Positions 55,540-64,000 of a stretch of DNA of 64,000 bases are shown here, in pieces. The notes under the pieces are model-generated. The model was given only the letters and a program-made list of their open reading frames with translations, was not told the DNA's origin and searched no databases. The translations under genes were made by a program, and so were the position numbers. Location: contig CAXHJY010000359.1 in NCBI GenBank assembly GCA_964016885.1, positions 1 through 64,000 of the forward strand, given 5' to 3'. Numbering within the stretch: position 1 is the stretch's first letter; each line of letters starts with the position of its first letter. The stretch comes from Eledone cirrhosa (Eukaryota).

Positions 55540-55590
55540 AGATTCTACAGGACTAGAACTATTTCATTCTTGAGAAATCATCAGGAATCT
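55540..55590 (-). ncRNA. Type I hammerhead ribozyme candidate (copy 2 of tandem pair)
   Basis: Minus strand: agattc-CTGATGA-tttctcaagaat-GAAA-tag-ttctagtc-ctg-TA^-gaatct. Perfect 6-bp stem I; cut 55546/55545. Confidence 0.8.
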
Positions 55591-55739
55591 GACTGTCCAA
55601 ATAAATGTGGTGGTATTTATATCTTTTCTTTCAATCAATGACCTTCACTCATCCCACTCCACACCCTCTCCTACCACCAGAAAAGATATACCACCAGATA
55701 TAATACCAGCATCTATATTAAAACTTATATATAGGAGAG

Positions 55740-55986
55740 AGAGTGACAATAAGTCAGATTTGCAGCTTTTTATGAAACTTTATTGCATCTTACAATTGTT
55801 TTGATATCGATTAGCTTGGGTTTGATCAGGCGACCGGATCCCGTCTCTTAATCTACACTTCTTCGTGTAGATTAAGAGTCGGGATCCGACCACCTGATCA
55901 ACCCAAGCTGATCGATATCAAAACAATTGTAATATACAATAAAGTTTCATAAAAAGCTGCAAATTTAACTTCTCATTGTAACTCTA
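55740..55986. repeat. Long imperfect palindrome (arms about 120 bp, spacer TTCTTC at 55859-55864)
   Basis: ..TTTGCAGCTTTTTATGAAACTTTATTG..CTCTTAATCTACAC | GTGTAGATTAAGAG..CAATAAAGTTTCATAAAAAGCTGCAAA. Confidence 0.95.
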
Positions 55987-56052
55987 TATATTGACTCTGC
56001 AAACTACAGCCGCCTTAAATTTGGAGCACAATTCTACGAGAGACGGACCCCG

Positions 56053-56091
<39 letters not shown>

Positions 56092-56236
56092 TTTATATAT
56101 ATATATATAAAATGTATGTATGTATGTATGTATGTAATATATATATGTATTTGCATGCATATTTGATATGCAATTGGAGTTGTAGACGCATGGAAAAGAT
56201 GGCAGAGAAAGCGTAGACTCTATTTTATTCTAGTGA

Positions 56237-56385
56237 TCTATATATATAAAACTGAAGTTGTCTGTGTCCTCATTTTTGCAAAGTCTATATAAATCCACAT
56301 TTCTACTCCGATTGACTTCAAACTTCCATTTATATATTCCTTGTGGTCTAAAGATATTAACTGCCGCATTTATTTTTTTCAATTT
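56237..56385 (+). mobile_element. Possible non-autonomous Helitron 5' end
   Basis: A|TCTATATATATAAAACTGAAGTTGTCTGTG..CCGATTGACTTCAAACTT, the TC-start pattern typical of invertebrate non-autonomous Helitrons. No 3' hairpin/CTRR found downstream. Confidence 0.4.
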
Positions 56386-56634
56386 CTGTTGTTAAAGGGT
56401 GTTAGGCGCCGGTTATCCATCTCCGTCGCGCTCTTATATCTGTCTGAATGCCTGACTGTCTGCATAACGTCATTGCTGACATTATCTTCGCTACATTCGC
56501 GCCACGCACGCGCACATATATATATATATATATACATATATACTTATATATACATATACACACATATATACAAACACATATACACATATATAGATACAGT
56601 CTTTCTCTGTATATATATATGTGTGTGTGTGTAT

Positions 56635-57127
56635 GTACGTCCTTATCAGATAAAATAAGATGATGCATGACATACCCTGACATAGTCGATGGTTAAGATC
56701 CAGTCCTGGTAGTAAGATGACACCAGTCCTGGTAGTGAGTAAGATATGACAACTCAATATTTATATACCTTAAGATTGATACATGAAAAAACCTACATAT
56801 AATACAGAGGGTGCGTGTAAGAAAGCTTAAAAATACATAACAGTAATTTACATAACTGTTAAAGATTCAAATAATTATTGAAGAAAAAGGAAAGTCTTTT
56901 TTCTTTCCTTTTTCTTCAATAATTATTTGAATCTTTAACAGTTATGTAAATTACTGTTATGTATTTTTAAGCTTTCTTACACGCACCCTCTGTATTATAT
57001 GTAGGTTTTTTCATGTATCAATCTTAAGGTATATAAATATTGAGTTGTCATATCTTACTCACTACCAGGACTGGATCTTAACCATCGACTGTCGTGCATC
57101 ATCTTATTTTATCTGATGAGGACGTAC
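56635..57127. repeat. Long near-perfect palindrome (arms 56635-56894 and 56903-57127, 8-nt spacer)
   Basis: The inner 170 bp or so are reverse-complement identical by eye. The left arm carries small extra internal duplications (CCAGTCCTGGTAGT twice, TGACATA twice). Confidence 0.97.
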
Positions 57128-57171
57128 TGTTGATGTTAGCTCAGTACCTCTGAAATATGTATAATAAAATA
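57105..57171 (+). ncRNA. Type I hammerhead ribozyme candidate with minimal stem III (Penelope-type)
   Basis: tattttat-CTGATGA-ggacgtactg-ttgatgttagct-cagtacctct-GAAA-tatgta-TA^-ataaaata. 8-bp stem I, 10-bp stem II with one mismatch, near-palindromic stem III, ATA triplet (cut 57163/57164). Confidence 0.85.
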
Positions 57172-57458
57172 TACTTGATCACAATGAAGTACTATTTTGT
57201 TAATATTTTGAATGAATGTTAATAACTCCGGAAACCAAATCTGTTGAGTGCTGCCAATCTATTGTAAAACTAATTCTTTGATTTATTCATTAACCTTGTT
57301 TAACCTTTGTGTGTGTGAATAAGGGTTGACGGACCCAGCATATTTATCAATGCCAGTACCGGTTGTATCTCGGCGCACTCAATGGGCAATGTAAGATACA
57401 TTACCAGAGTATACAGTTATTTTCCTCAACACAACACACGTAAAACGGGTGCCTATAA

Positions 57459-57578
57459 GGTTCCCGGACTCGAGTTTCTGCAGCACTAATGCAGCAGTAA
57501 GGTGCACTGCACCATCTGTCTGCATATATTATGCAACAATGCACAATCGGCTTATGCGGCTTCATCAGCGGTATCACC
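57459..57578 (-). ncRNA. Hammerhead-like core with an 83-nt multi-hairpin insert in domain II
   Basis: Minus strand: ccg-CTGATGA (57568-57562) ...83 nt... GAAAC-TCGA-GTC^-cgg (57478-57464). The insert holds four short inverted repeats. Stem I has only 3 contiguous G-C pairs. Confidence 0.5.
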
Positions 57579-57949
57579 TAATCAATAACCAATCGATCGA
57601 CAGAACCCAAACACCGGCCCATGCCGGTCATGAGTGCTTGTGATAACCGACACGGTAAAGCGATGAGCAACTGGCAACCGATAGGACTCTCTCTCTCTCT
57701 CTCTCAACTAGCCACTGATTTACACATTTTACGTGGGGACGGGAAGCTAAAAAGAATCAATCTTTTAGTTCCTGTCAGAAGCTCTCAGCCAACGTCTCAC
57801 ACACAAATTATCAAGGGGTGAAAAGATGGCTATTAGAAATAGCAGTTCACATTGATATAAAATAGAATGGTAGCATTCGGTTCATGTCTCCAAGCCCCAG
57901 GGCTAGAGGAAAGCGATGGTAACAATGGTGGTGCCAAGAACCTTTAACG

Positions 57950-64000
<6,051 letters not shown>

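Overview
Eukaryotic, very AT-rich, repeat-dominated window with no complete host gene. The SINE families resemble those I recall from octopod cephalopods (inference, not searched). Both ends are giant (TA)n-derived simple-repeat arrays (about 1.24-12.15 kb and 57.95-64 kb), which generate all of the long Y/I/L/C/V/M-rich ORFs as artefacts. The middle (13-54 kb) is a retroelement graveyard: many R2-like RLE non-LTR fragments outside rDNA, two CRE-like fragments, RTE, CR1-like and R4/Dong-like pieces, a deleted mariner with rebuilt long TIRs, SINEs and MITEs. Much of it lies in an old, roughly tandem duplication (about 20.5-29.7 kb versus 31.1-45.2 kb), and the retroelements between 16 and 42 kb are almost all on the minus strand. 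The most notable signal is a compact non-coding cluster at 55.28-57.58 kb with four type I hammerhead ribozyme candidates and two long DNA palindromes. It includes a tandem pair whose predicted cleavage sites are 244 nt apart (retrozyme/circRNA-like) and a hammerhead core split by an 83-nt multi-hairpin insert. A decayed Penelope-like GIY-YIG 3' end with a degenerate hammerhead sits at 1-1.2 kb. One candidate host exon is at 54927-55079 (+). All structures were read by eye; no folding or database search was run.
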